Source: Armatimonadota bacterium (lineage in GTDB: Bacteria > Armatimonadota > SYMT01). From it: a stretch of DNA of 64,000 nucleotides. The stretch is taken from the NCBI GenBank assembly GCA_041690135.1, contig JAWLHY010000009.1, forward strand, positions 160,001 to 224,000, in the 5' to 3' direction. The notes beneath the pieces were generated by a model that ran no database searches, was not told the DNA's origin, and saw only the letters and a program-made list of their open reading frames with translations. Shown in pieces: positions 26,400-35,870 of this stretch. The translations under genes were made by a program, and so were the position numbers. Each line of letters begins with the position of its first letter. Position 1 is the first letter of the stretch.

Positions 26400-26577
26400 T
26401 GCTTTGGCCTCCGGGCGGAGGGGTTCCTCCCGGATCTCCACCGGAAGCCGGCACCCGACCCCTCGAGATCGCCATCGGGATCGGGATCGAAGCCGGTTCG
26501 GGTCTGGCGGGGCTGGGAACCGTGGGACGCCGGTTCACCGGATGCGGGAGCGTGCGGTGTGGGTTCCGTGCGGGGCG

Positions 26578-26828
26578 ATCTGACCAGGGGGCGGAGTGGA
26601 TTAGGATCAGGACAAGGATCAGGAGTCCCGGGTAAGGACGAGTTCCCTGATCAGGGGGCGGAGTGGATTAGGACGAGGATAAGGATAAAGAGTTCCGGGT
26701 AAGGACGACTGCCCTGATCAGGGGGCTTGCCACGTCGCGTGCTGGTTCTGTTTCCGTGGTAGAGTGCTTCGGCGGAGGCTCATCCGATCCGGGGAAGTTG
26801 GTGCGGGTCTATCGCTCCTCGCAATGAC
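26578..26828 (+). repeat. composite intergenic repeat array, 3 palindrome cores plus terminal module
   Basis: (CC)CTGA(C/T)CAGGGGG at ~26580, 26645, 26712; GATTAGGACGAGGATAAGGATAAAGAG; ends TATCGCTCCTCGCAATGAC. Confidence 0.9.
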
Positions 26829-27002
26829 GATCCTGGACAGCACCTGGACTCGCAACCACACGCCTGGGAAGCTAAGGATCCGTCAAGGAATAACGGCTAC
26901 GTCGTTCCCAGCCGACGGAGGTCGGCTTCGCCTTGTGTAGCCGGGGCACCCACTTGTGGGTCGTCACTCGCCCAACCGTAGCGGTTATCGTTTGGCAGTC
27001 CC

Positions 27003-28205
27003 TTAGCCGCCGAGGGCGTAGGTTTCGAGGCGTTCGATTTCCTGGGCGGCGGGGACGACGTGGATGGTGAACTGGGGCGCTTCTTTCCAGTCCAGGACTC
27101 GCTCCTTCTCCAGGGCCTGGTTGACGTGCATGTCGGGGGCGTCCCAGAGGAGGTCGCCGTTGCGGAAGGTGAGGTAGCGGCCGAGGTACTGGTCCACGTA
27201 GCGGTCGCGGTGCTCCTGGTAGGCCTCCACGCACCGGATACCGGCCTGGAGCTCCGCTTCCCGGGCGGCATTCCCCTCGCCGTAGGGCTTCACCTCAAAC
27301 GGCTGGCGGACCGCGGCAGGGTCTTCGCCGAGGACCTCGATCCCGGCGGGGTCGGCGATGCCGACGCCGGCGTCGTGGGCGAGGCGGATGCTGTTGCGGC
27401 GGTACCAGTGGGGGTGGTCGGGATAGTCGCCCAGGGGGTTGAAGCCCATCACCTGCATGCCGACGCTGTCCGTGGAGACGCAGTTGTCGCCGGCCAGGAG
27501 GACACCGGTCTCGATGGGGGTGCCGCGCCACTCGCCGTGGTTGGCGGTCATGATGCCGTCCACCACGCAGAGCGCGGGGCGGAAGAACATGGCCAGGTCC
27601 ACCTGCACGCGGGGGAGGCGGATGAGGCGGTCGTGGAGGTAGTGGCGGGGCTGGCCGTAGACTCGCCAGGGGGTGAGACCGAAAAGGTTCTTGATGGTGA
27701 GGGTGCAGCCGAGGGAGACGTGCGCCTTCATCTTGGCGACAGAGACGCAGGCGTCGGCATCGGCGAGATCCCGGTGGAGGCGGTACTTGCGGAACTGGAG
27801 CGGCTCTCCCGGCACCTCGACTTCCACGAAGGGGCCCTGGCCGAAGTCCACCATCCGCACGTTCGGGTAGCGGGCGGCCATCTCGAAGTAGCCGAGCTTC
27901 TCGTAGAGGGCCTGCGCGGTGTCGTCCGTGGGGGCATCCCCGATGACGATCTCCGCGTCCGTGACCTCCCGCAGCGAGCGGATGACGCCTTCCACCACCG
28001 CCGGCTCGGTCAGCTCGGTCTGGCGGCCCTGGGTGAGGCGGACGCGGTCGATGCCGATGTTCGGCTTCAGGGCGATCTTCCGCTTGCCGGCGAACCGTTT
28101 TCGCAGTCCCCCGACCATGGCGATGGCTTCCTGGGTCCGGTCCGCGATGGCGGCCTCGCTGGCGGCCGCCGGGCAGCGGAGGAGGGCGACTCTAGGCGCG
28201 GGCAT
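27003..28205 (-). CDS. DUF362 domain-containing protein
   Basis: 'ALKPN', 'VAKMKAH...TLTIKNLFG', 'VVDGI'. Confidence 0.88.
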   Translation of the reverse strand: MPAPRVALLRCPAAASEAAIADRTQEAIAMVGGLRKRFAGKRKIALKPNIGIDRVRLTQGRQTELTEPAVVEGVIRSLREVTDAEIVIGDAPTDDTAQALYEKLGYFEMAARYPNVRMVDFGQGPFVEVEVPGEPLQFRKYRLHRDLADADACVSVAKMKAHVSLGCTLTIKNLFGLTPWRVYGQPRHYLHDRLIRLPRVQVDLAMFFRPALCVVDGIMTANHGEWRGTPIETGVLLAGDNCVSTDSVGMQVMGFNPLGDYPDHPHWYRRNSIRLAHDAGVGIADPAGIEVLGEDPAAVRQPFEVKPYGEGNAAREAELQAGIRCVEAYQEHRDRYVDQYLGRYLTFRNGDLLWDAPDMHVNQALEKERVLDWKEAPQFTIHVVPAAQEIERLETYALGG

Positions 28206-29187
28206 TGCGCAGCTCCTGTTTCTCCATGGTCTCCATGCGCGCGATGGTCCGCTGGTAGGGCGCCAGGTCTTCCATCAGGCGGGTCATCGCATCGGTGTGG
28301 AGCACGACTTCCTCGATGTCTTGGATGATCTGGTCGGGCGCACAGGCCCGCACCTCGTCTCCCACCAGGGCCACGGCATCCTCCAGCAGGCACAACTGGT
28401 GGTTGAGGTTGACCAGCACCCGGCCGATCTTCTCCATGCCTTCCCACCGGCGCTGGAGGATGGTGAGGCGTTTTTCCAGCAGTTCTCGGGTATCGGGGTT
28501 CGCCTCCGCGGCGATGCGCGCCTCCAGGCGGTCCATCTCTTCCCGGTAGTCCCGCTGGATTTCGTCGACCATCTCTTCCGCCCAGCGGTCCGCGGCATCC
28601 AGGTGGGGGTTCACCGCGCCGCGAGGGGGCGTCTCCGCCAGCACCACCCGCAGCTTCCGCTTGCCCTCGCGCTCCCCCGTGACCTCGACATGATGGCGGG
28701 GAACCCGGGGCCCGGAGCCCCGGGCCAGCTCTTCGACCCGGTTTTCGTGGACCAACGAGAGGAGGTAGTTGCGGTACTCCGCTTCCGTGGCCGCAAAGGA
28801 GAGGAAACGCTCCAGGAGCGAGTCGACCTTGCGAACGACATTCGGAAGCCAGGTCTGGCGCACGGCCTCGCGCCCAGCAAGGTGGTCGCGGATTTCCTCC
28901 AGCCGGGTGTAGCGGTCCTGCATCTCGGGGCGCAGCTCCGGGAGTAACTGCTGCTTCAACCGCTCTCGCTTGCGGTCGGCCGCGGCCTGGACACGTCCTT
29001 CCAGGCAGGTGCGGTACCACCGGGAGCGCGGCAGGAACGCCAGGTAAGCCGTTTCCAACCCCAGGACGAGGAGCGCGGGCGCCGGGTGCTGAAAGACGAC
29101 CGCCAGGCCCGCCGCCGCCAGGAGCGCCGCCAGGTTCAGCGGTTCACGCAGTGCCTGGAGATAGGGGTGGGGGACCGGTTTTTCCAT
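28192..29187 (-). CDS. membrane-anchored coiled-coil hypothetical protein
   Basis: Two N-terminal TM helices then long helical region; overlaps DUF362 start. Confidence 0.75.
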   Translation of the reverse strand: MEKPVPHPYLQALREPLNLAALLAAAGLAVVFQHPAPALLVLGLETAYLAFLPRSRWYRTCLEGRVQAAADRKRERLKQQLLPELRPEMQDRYTRLEEIRDHLAGREAVRQTWLPNVVRKVDSLLERFLSFAATEAEYRNYLLSLVHENRVEELARGSGPRVPRHHVEVTGEREGKRKLRVVLAETPPRGAVNPHLDAADRWAEEMVDEIQRDYREEMDRLEARIAAEANPDTRELLEKRLTILQRRWEGMEKIGRVLVNLNHQLCLLEDAVALVGDEVRACAPDQIIQDIEEVVLHTDAMTRLMEDLAPYQRTIARMETMEKQELRNARA

Positions 29188-29332
29188 GGGCGGTGTGGGG
29201 AACGCACCGGCGCCCAAGAGCGGCCGGAGACCGGATCTCCTTCCGGAGAAGGTGGGGAACACCCGGAGTGCAATGATCCGAGCTAAGTTCCCCGCCGGGG
29301 CCGTGGGTGCCTCCCTGGTTGGATGGGGTCCC

Positions 29333-30340
29333 CTAATCGCAGGCGATCGTCCTGCCGGAGCGGGCGCTTTCGTAGGCGGCTTCGATAATACGGCTGGCTT
29401 GCATGCCGCCCGATCCGTCATAACGCGGCGGCTCGCCCGCCAGGAGGCGCCGGGTGAAGTCGTCGAAGAGGGGGAAGTGGACGTTGTCGTGCTTCGGAAG
29501 CTCCCAGAGCTGCTCTTCGCCGTTCCGGATCAGGTGCAGCTCCGGGCCGTCGACCGGCGTGGCGCAGAGGGTGCCTTCCGTGCCGGTGATCTCGAATCGG
29601 TCGGGGGAGTGGGTCCGGTAGCCGTGGCGGGTCACGACGTGGACGCCCGAGTGCATCCGGATCAGCAGTGATTCCATATCGGGGGCCGCGATGGGCAGCT
29701 CGCGGCACTCGGCAAAGGCCGCTATCCGGTCCGGCTCGCCCAACATCCAGCAGAGGAGGTCGAGGCGGTGGCTGCCGGTGTCGACCAGGGCGCCCCCACC
29801 GGACTGCTCCGCCTGGAGGCGCCAGTTGCCCGGCTGGATGCGCGCCGGGTCGAGACGGCTGCAGAGATGGATCTCGGCCGAGACCGGCTCCCCGATGGCG
29901 CCCTGGTCGAGCAGCTCTTTCATGCGGATCAACTTCGGATAGTAGCGCCGGTAGTAAGCGACCTGAAGTGCGACCCCGTTCGCGGCGCAGGCGTCGATCA
30001 TCCGGCGGCAGTCGGCCACGCTGTTGGCCATCGGCTTCTCGCACAGGACGTGCTTGCCCGCCTCCGCCGCGGCCAGGACGTCGTCCACGTGCCGGTGGTG
30101 CTCGGTGGCCACGTAGACGGCCGTGATCTCCGGGTCGGCGAGCACCTCGGCGCGGTCGGTGGTCCAGCGCGGAGCACTGTGGCGCCGGGCGAAGTCCTGG
30201 GCCAGGGATGCGGTCCGGCTGTGGAAGACGACCGGCCGGCTCTGTTCCTGCGCGTTGATGGCGGGCGCACCGCGCTTGTCGGTGATATCCCCGCAGCCGA
30301 GGATCCCCCAGCCGACGGAGGGAATGGAACGGGAGCTCAT
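29333..30340 (-). CDS. Gfo/Idh/MocA family oxidoreductase
   Basis: 'WGILGCGDI', 'AGKHVLCEKP', 'GGGALVDTGSH'. Confidence 0.95.
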   Translation of the reverse strand: MSSRSIPSVGWGILGCGDITDKRGAPAINAQEQSRPVVFHSRTASLAQDFARRHSAPRWTTDRAEVLADPEITAVYVATEHHRHVDDVLAAAEAGKHVLCEKPMANSVADCRRMIDACAANGVALQVAYYRRYYPKLIRMKELLDQGAIGEPVSAEIHLCSRLDPARIQPGNWRLQAEQSGGGALVDTGSHRLDLLCWMLGEPDRIAAFAECRELPIAAPDMESLLIRMHSGVHVVTRHGYRTHSPDRFEITGTEGTLCATPVDGPELHLIRNGEEQLWELPKHDNVHFPLFDDFTRRLLAGEPPRYDGSGGMQASRIIEAAYESARSGRTIACD

Positions 30341-30440
30341 CGTGAGGGTTCTCCAGATAACAGCCGGAGAGGCCCCCGGCTCGGGTGCCGGGAGCCTCTT
30401 TAAGTTGCGGTCTGCGTTACGCGGCCGGACGGGCTGCGGA

Positions 30441-31865
30441 TCAGGCGGTGTTCAGCTCTTTCAGGGCGGCCTGGACTTCCGGGTCATCCGGCACCAGGGT
30501 GGCGGCATGTTCCAGGGTCTCGCGGGCGGCGAAGCGGTCGCCCTGGCTGTTCTGAATCCGGCCCAGATCTACCAGGAACGCCGGGTTCTCGGGGTCCATC
30601 TCCAGCGCCTTGCGGATCGCGTCTTCCGCCGGGCGCCACTGTTCCCGCTCGGCCAGGGTACGGGAGAGCTCCCACCAGATGAAGGGCTCCTGCGGAGCCA
30701 GCCGGGCCGCGCGGCGGAGGCAGCGTTCGGCCTCTACCGGCTCGTTGATGCGACGGTAGGCCGCGCCCAGCGGGAACCAGATTTCGCCAACGTCGGGATG
30801 AGCGTCGGCCAGCGGGCGCAGCAGCTCGATGGCCTGGGCCGGGTCATCCCCAAAGGCGAGCTGCATGCCCTGCTGGAAGATCATTTGTTCTTCGCTGGGA
30901 GCTTCCGCCTGCTGGAAGCCGTGCACCAGCGCTTCCTCCACCATTTCCCGCTGGTCGCCTTCCGGATACCGGCGCAGGAAGTGGTGCAGCACCTCCTGGG
31001 CTTCCTCGGGAGCGCCCAGTTCCGCCAGTACCCGCGCCAGGCTCCAGTGAGAAAGACCGGCTTCGGGGCGCAGCTCGATGGCCCGGCGGAAGAGCTCCTC
31101 CGCACTGGCGAGCTGATCCTCGCGCTCTTCATCCTCGACCCCCTCCTGCGACGAGAGCGCGAGGTGGCACATGCCGGCGTCCTGCACGGCTTCGTAGAGC
31201 TCGTCGTCCAGCTCCATCGCGAGTTCGTAGTGGAGCAGAGCCGATTCGATATCCTCGTTCAGCTTCTCGCGGGCGATGCGGCAGAGGTGCTCGGCCGTGC
31301 CGGGGTTCCACCCCATCACGAGATCCCGGAGCGATTCGCTCCGCTCGGCGTCGGCGGTCTCCGCCAGCTCCCGGAGTGCGCCGTAGTATACGTGGCAGAA
31401 GTTGATCTCGAGCTGGACCTGGGCGCCCTCTTCCACCCCCTGCTCAGTGAGGGGCGGATAGATCAGGACAGGCAGATCGCCCTTGAAGCTCGGGGGCAGG
31501 AAGTCCGGCCGTCCGCCCTGCAGCGGTACGACCTGGAGGTCTCCCTCGAACAGGAAGCGACCCGCGCCGTAGGATTCGAGCACCAGTCGCTGAAGCATGC
31601 CGGCCCGCTCGGGGTCTTGCGTCTGGCCCAGCTCCCGCAGGGCGCCATAGAAGATGTGCGCGGGGCTGATCTCCAGGTTGACGTTGTCGCCTTCCTGGAG
31701 GTTGCGCTCGCTGAGCGGCGGATAAACGAGGACGGGGATCGGCCCCTCGAACCACCCGGGAATGAACGGCGGGCGCTGCTCGCCTTCCGGGGCGGGAATC
31801 TGCAGGAGATCTCCGTCGTGGAGGTGCTCGGCTAGAACTTGTGCTTCGTCGACAGGTTCACTCAT
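30441..31865 (-). CDS. TPR protein with duplicated N-terminal domain
   Basis: C-terminal TPRs; two copies of 'P.F.P..F.G..PVL.YPPL.E....EG..V.LEI...H..YGALREL'. Confidence 0.88.
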   Translation of the reverse strand: MSEPVDEAQVLAEHLHDGDLLQIPAPEGEQRPPFIPGWFEGPIPVLVYPPLSERNLQEGDNVNLEISPAHIFYGALRELGQTQDPERAGMLQRLVLESYGAGRFLFEGDLQVVPLQGGRPDFLPPSFKGDLPVLIYPPLTEQGVEEGAQVQLEINFCHVYYGALRELAETADAERSESLRDLVMGWNPGTAEHLCRIAREKLNEDIESALLHYELAMELDDELYEAVQDAGMCHLALSSQEGVEDEEREDQLASAEELFRRAIELRPEAGLSHWSLARVLAELGAPEEAQEVLHHFLRRYPEGDQREMVEEALVHGFQQAEAPSEEQMIFQQGMQLAFGDDPAQAIELLRPLADAHPDVGEIWFPLGAAYRRINEPVEAERCLRRAARLAPQEPFIWWELSRTLAEREQWRPAEDAIRKALEMDPENPAFLVDLGRIQNSQGDRFAARETLEHAATLVPDDPEVQAALKELNTA

Positions 31866-32113
31866 GGTTTCTAAAGGACGAAAAGTTGCGGGAACGGTTT
31901 CGGCGTACCCTATCGCGAATCGCGAGGAAAATCACGTCGTAGTTCATTCCCCGCCCGGGGAGTTTCTACCCGGGAGTTTGAAAGGGCCTCCGACCGGAGG
32001 CCACAGTCGTGTCAACTCTGAAGGTGGCCGCAGTGGCCGCACCAGAACTTTCCCCCGCTCACGCGGCGCAGAGCGGGCTGGGCGCAGATCTCGCACACCG
32101 GCTCGGGCATGGT

Positions 32114-33736
32114 CTACCCCTCTTGCGCGGCCGGTGCCGGATCGAGGGTGGCACTCTTTGAGGAGGTTCCGAAGAACCGTTCCACCAGGGCTTCCTTCGG
32201 GGGCGTGTCCATGAGGCTGACGACGATCCCGGCCACGGCGGAAGCCAGCAGGCCCCAGACGAAGGGGGCGATGCCGAACAGGTAGACGGGATAGAAGTTG
32301 CCCTTCTCGCCGATGCCGGGAGGCGCGCCGGTACCGGTGGCGGTCATGTACCAGCCGGGGATGTAGAGCGCCAGCACCGTGAGCGCCCCGCCCAGCATGC
32401 TGGCGATGGCGCCCCGCGCGGTGGCGCGTCGCCAGAAGCAGGCCATCACCGCCGGGAAGAGGTAGGTGCACGCCGCCGCGCCGCCGGTGAAGACGATGAT
32501 TGCCTGGAGGAAGGTTGGCGCCTTCATCGCGCCGGCCATGGCGATGGCGGCGACCACCACCATGCTCACGTGGGAGAGGCGCTTCAGCGTGGCTTCCGAG
32601 GCGTTGGGGTTGATCTGGCGATGGTAGATGTCCTGGACGAGCGCGGAGGAGATCTGGACCAGGAATCCGCTCACGGTGGCCATCACCGCCCCGAACGGAG
32701 CCGAGAGGATGATGCCGGCAACGATGGGGTGGGCGATGGTGAGCGCCATCCGCGGCATCACTTCATCCGGCTTTTCGAGGCCGGGGAGGATGGCCCGCGC
32801 GCAGACGAAGATCATCACCAGCGGCAGGTAGATCATCGTGTTGTAGACGGCCAGCAGGAAGATCGCCTTCCGCATGGTCTTCGTGTCCCGGAAGGCCATG
32901 AGGCGCACCAGCGTGGCGGGCTGGCCCATGCCGGCGATCGACCACATACAGAAATAGGAGATCGCCAGGCTGATCGGTAGGAACTGCCACTCACCGCTGC
33001 CGCCCGGGGCCGCCGCGAAGCCGGGCCCCACTGCCTGAACACCCTGCTGGGTTGCGGGGCCAAATCCCCCGGAGAGCTTCAAAGCCAGCGGGAACATGAT
33101 CAGCACGCCGATGGCCATCAGGATGCTCTGGAAAACGTCGGTCCATACGGCCGCGAGAAAGCCGCCGTAGATGGTGTAGCTCACCACAACCAGCCCGAAG
33201 ATCACCAGTCCGTAGACGTAAGCGGGAGATTGTCCGAGGATCTGGGCACTCGGGTCATCCCAACCGGGCGGCTTGGGGAGTACGTGCTGGAGGATGATGG
33301 CGCCGCCCTTGAACTGCCCGATCAGGCTGAAGGCGAGGATGCAGATCATAAATGCGGAAGCCGCGAGCCCCAGGCCGGGGCTGGAGAACCGTTCCCGCAG
33401 CATGTCCGGAAGGGTGACGGCGCCGGTCTGGCGGGAGATCTGTCCCATTCGCTTGCCCAGCACGGCGAAGGTGCAGAGCGGCACCATCATGTAGCTGGCG
33501 ATCCAGAGCGCGAGCACCCATCCATACTGGTACACCAGCGACGGGAAGCCCATGAAAGTGCCGCCGCTCATCACGGTGGCGGTCAGCGCCATCGACCAGG
33601 AGCCCAGCCCGCGGTTGCCGAGGAAGTAGCCCTTGAGGAACCCACCTTTCTCGGAAGAGCGATTGGCGACCACCCCGATCGCCATGGAAGCGGCCATCAG
33701 GATGATGAGGCCGACGAGGGGAGCGAGACTATCCAT
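32114..33736 (-). CDS. sodium:solute symporter (PanF-like)
   Basis: 'YFLGNRGLG', 'SGGTFMGFP', 'GGFLAAVWTD'; many TM helices; preceded by YhdT-like gene. Confidence 0.92.
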   Translation of the reverse strand: MDSLAPLVGLIILMAASMAIGVVANRSSEKGGFLKGYFLGNRGLGSWSMALTATVMSGGTFMGFPSLVYQYGWVLALWIASYMMVPLCTFAVLGKRMGQISRQTGAVTLPDMLRERFSSPGLGLAASAFMICILAFSLIGQFKGGAIILQHVLPKPPGWDDPSAQILGQSPAYVYGLVIFGLVVVSYTIYGGFLAAVWTDVFQSILMAIGVLIMFPLALKLSGGFGPATQQGVQAVGPGFAAAPGGSGEWQFLPISLAISYFCMWSIAGMGQPATLVRLMAFRDTKTMRKAIFLLAVYNTMIYLPLVMIFVCARAILPGLEKPDEVMPRMALTIAHPIVAGIILSAPFGAVMATVSGFLVQISSALVQDIYHRQINPNASEATLKRLSHVSMVVVAAIAMAGAMKAPTFLQAIIVFTGGAAACTYLFPAVMACFWRRATARGAIASMLGGALTVLALYIPGWYMTATGTGAPPGIGEKGNFYPVYLFGIAPFVWGLLASAVAGIVVSLMDTPPKEALVERFFGTSSKSATLDPAPAAQEG

Positions 33737-34031
33737 AGCTTGGCTCCTCTCCGTGACCGTCCGTATTCTCTTCTCCCAGGTCTTCGTCCTGGATGCCCCA
33801 GAAGGAAGCCCAGATGGTGACCAGGGTGCAAACCCCCCAGGGAGCGAAGACGCCCCAGACCACCCAGGAGGGAATGCCGTAGATGAGATGGTTGGCGGCG
33901 TCCGGCCGGTAAGCGTTGAGGTAGGCGTAAGTACAGGTGTAGATGCAGCAGGCTACCCAGAGGAGCATCACGAGGATGGCTTCGCGGCGGGTCGTCTGCG
34001 AGAGAACGGGTGAGCGGTCCATAACTTCCAA
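33729..34031 (-). CDS. YhdT/DUF997-like small membrane protein
   Basis: 'RREA..W', 'GIPSW', two TMs, 'DEDL' tail; coupled to symporter. Confidence 0.8.
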   Translation of the reverse strand: MEVMDRSPVLSQTTRREAILVMLLWVACCIYTCTYAYLNAYRPDAANHLIYGIPSWVVWGVFAPWGVCTLVTIWASFWGIQDEDLGEENTDGHGEEPSYG

Positions 34032-34040
34032 TGAGGGCGG

Positions 34041-34604
34041 TTAGCCTCCGACGAGGAGGAGGTTGGCGTAGGGGGTGGAGTCTCCGGTGCGGATACACCC
34101 GACAGCGTGCCGGGCCAATCGCTTCAATTCCAAATGGGGTATAGCCTCGATCCGTCCCGAACCTTCACGGTGATAGACCCACCGCACGGGCGAAGCGAGT
34201 TGCATTTCGTGGGCCAGAATCATTCGATCCAATGGTAAGTCCGGCAGAATGGCGTCCAATACCTGCGGGATCGTCGGAATATTCGCCGTAAGCGAGAGAT
34301 CGACGACCGTGGAGAGCGACGGAACGGGATAGCCGCGGTCGGCGATGAGCAACATCTGGGTGTGGTTCACGCGCCGAATCAGGGCGGCGACTTCGGGGTT
34401 CAACAGGTGGCGAGTAGCCGACTGGTGCGCGCCAATGTCTTCGATGGCCGCCGCGCGCTGTTCCAGGGTGAACCGCTCCGCGGGGTCCGGCTCGGGGCGC
34501 TTGAAGATCCATTCGCCATTCTCGATGGCGACGAGTTCCCAACCCTCGCGGCCGAGGGTGTTGAGGTCAGCAGGTGCGGGGGTGCGGTGGTACTGCCAAC
34601 TCAC
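34041..34604 (-). CDS. RbsD/FucU family pyranase with N-terminal DUF4177-like domain
   Basis: 'WQY...LNTLGREGWELV...IFKRP' then 'LLNP...HTQMLLIADRGYP...IRTGDSTPYAN'; AGGAG RBS before GTG 34604. Confidence 0.82.
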   Translation of the reverse strand: MSWQYHRTPAPADLNTLGREGWELVAIENGEWIFKRPEPDPAERFTLEQRAAAIEDIGAHQSATRHLLNPEVAALIRRVNHTQMLLIADRGYPVPSLSTVVDLSLTANIPTIPQVLDAILPDLPLDRMILAHEMQLASPVRWVYHREGSGRIEAIPHLELKRLARHAVGCIRTGDSTPYANLLLVGG

Positions 34605-34747
34605 GTTCTTGAACTCTCCTTCACGATCACGAAGAGAGGAAGCGGGGCCCGGTGATTGTTCGCGAAGAGACCCCGCATCCACCTACCCCGTATCGCGTGA
34701 TACGCTTAACGGTGGACTTCGGAGTGTGACGAAGGAGAGACAGGCGA

Positions 34748-35806
34748 ATGGAGAACGCGTCCTACGAATTTCTGCGGTCCCTGGTGGAGGCCGGCGGGCC
34801 CTCGGGTTATGAGCAGCCGGTCCAGGCGATCTTCAAGAAGCAGGCCGAGGCCTACGGCGCTGAGGTGGAGATCGACGTCCTGGGTAACGCGATCGCCGTG
34901 CTGAACCGTTCGGGCTCCCCACGGGTGATGTTGGCCGGCCACGCCGACGAGATCGGATTTCTGGTCCGGTGGATCGACGAGAACGGCTACATCTACTTCG
35001 GCCCGGTGGGGGGATGGGATGCGGAAATCGCCGTGGGGCAGCGGGTGACGGTCCATACCGCGGCGGGGCCCGTAGTTGGGGTGATCGGCAAGCGCGCGAT
35101 CCACCTGATGGATGAAGAAGACCGGAAGAAGAAGAGTGAGCTGCACAAGCTCTGGATCGACATCGGCGTCACCAACCGCAACCAGGCCGAAGAACTGGTG
35201 GCCATTGGCGATCCGGTGACAATGCGGGTGCCGCTCGAACGCCTCCAGGGCGATCTCGCCACCGCGAAGAGCTTCGACAACCGGATGGCGGTGTGGGTCT
35301 GCGCGGAGACGCTGCGTCTCCTGCGGGGCCAAACCTTCAGCGCTGGGGTCTACAGCGTCTCCACCGTGCAGGAAGAGATCGGCCTTCGGGGCGCAAAAAC
35401 TGCGTCATTCGGTGTGAACCCGCTGGTGGGGATCGCGCTGGATGTGTGCCACGCCACGGACTACCCGGAAGCGGACAAGCGGAAGGTAGGGGACGTCCGC
35501 CTCGGTGGGGGACCGGTCGTATCGCGAGGCGCCAATATCAACCCGCGGGTGTTCGACCTGCTGGTCCGGGCGGCGCACGAAGAGCAGATTCCCATTCAAA
35601 TCGAGGCGGCTCCGGCGGGGACCGGAACGGACGCGAACGCGATGCAGCTCAACCAGGCGGGAATGGCGACGGGGCTGGTCTCCGTGCCGCTGCGATACAT
35701 GCACACCCCCTGCGAAACGCTGTCGCTTTCGGATCTGGAGAACGCCGCGCGTCTGTGTGCCGCCTTCATCAAGCGCGTCACCCCCGAAACGAGTTGGGCT
35801 CCCTGA
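34748..35806 (+). CDS. M42 family metallopeptidase
   Basis: 'GHADEIG', 'FDNR', 'QEEIGLRGA', 'GTDA', 'RYMHTP'. Confidence 0.95.
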   Translation: MENASYEFLRSLVEAGGPSGYEQPVQAIFKKQAEAYGAEVEIDVLGNAIAVLNRSGSPRVMLAGHADEIGFLVRWIDENGYIYFGPVGGWDAEIAVGQRVTVHTAAGPVVGVIGKRAIHLMDEEDRKKKSELHKLWIDIGVTNRNQAEELVAIGDPVTMRVPLERLQGDLATAKSFDNRMAVWVCAETLRLLRGQTFSAGVYSVSTVQEEIGLRGAKTASFGVNPLVGIALDVCHATDYPEADKRKVGDVRLGGGPVVSRGANINPRVFDLLVRAAHEEQIPIQIEAAPAGTGTDANAMQLNQAGMATGLVSVPLRYMHTPCETLSLSDLENAARLCAAFIKRVTPETSWAP

Positions 35807-35870
35807 GAGGCAAACGTCGAGGGGTAACAGGGCAATCAACCTCCGGTGTCGAATATTAGGCCGGAGGTTG

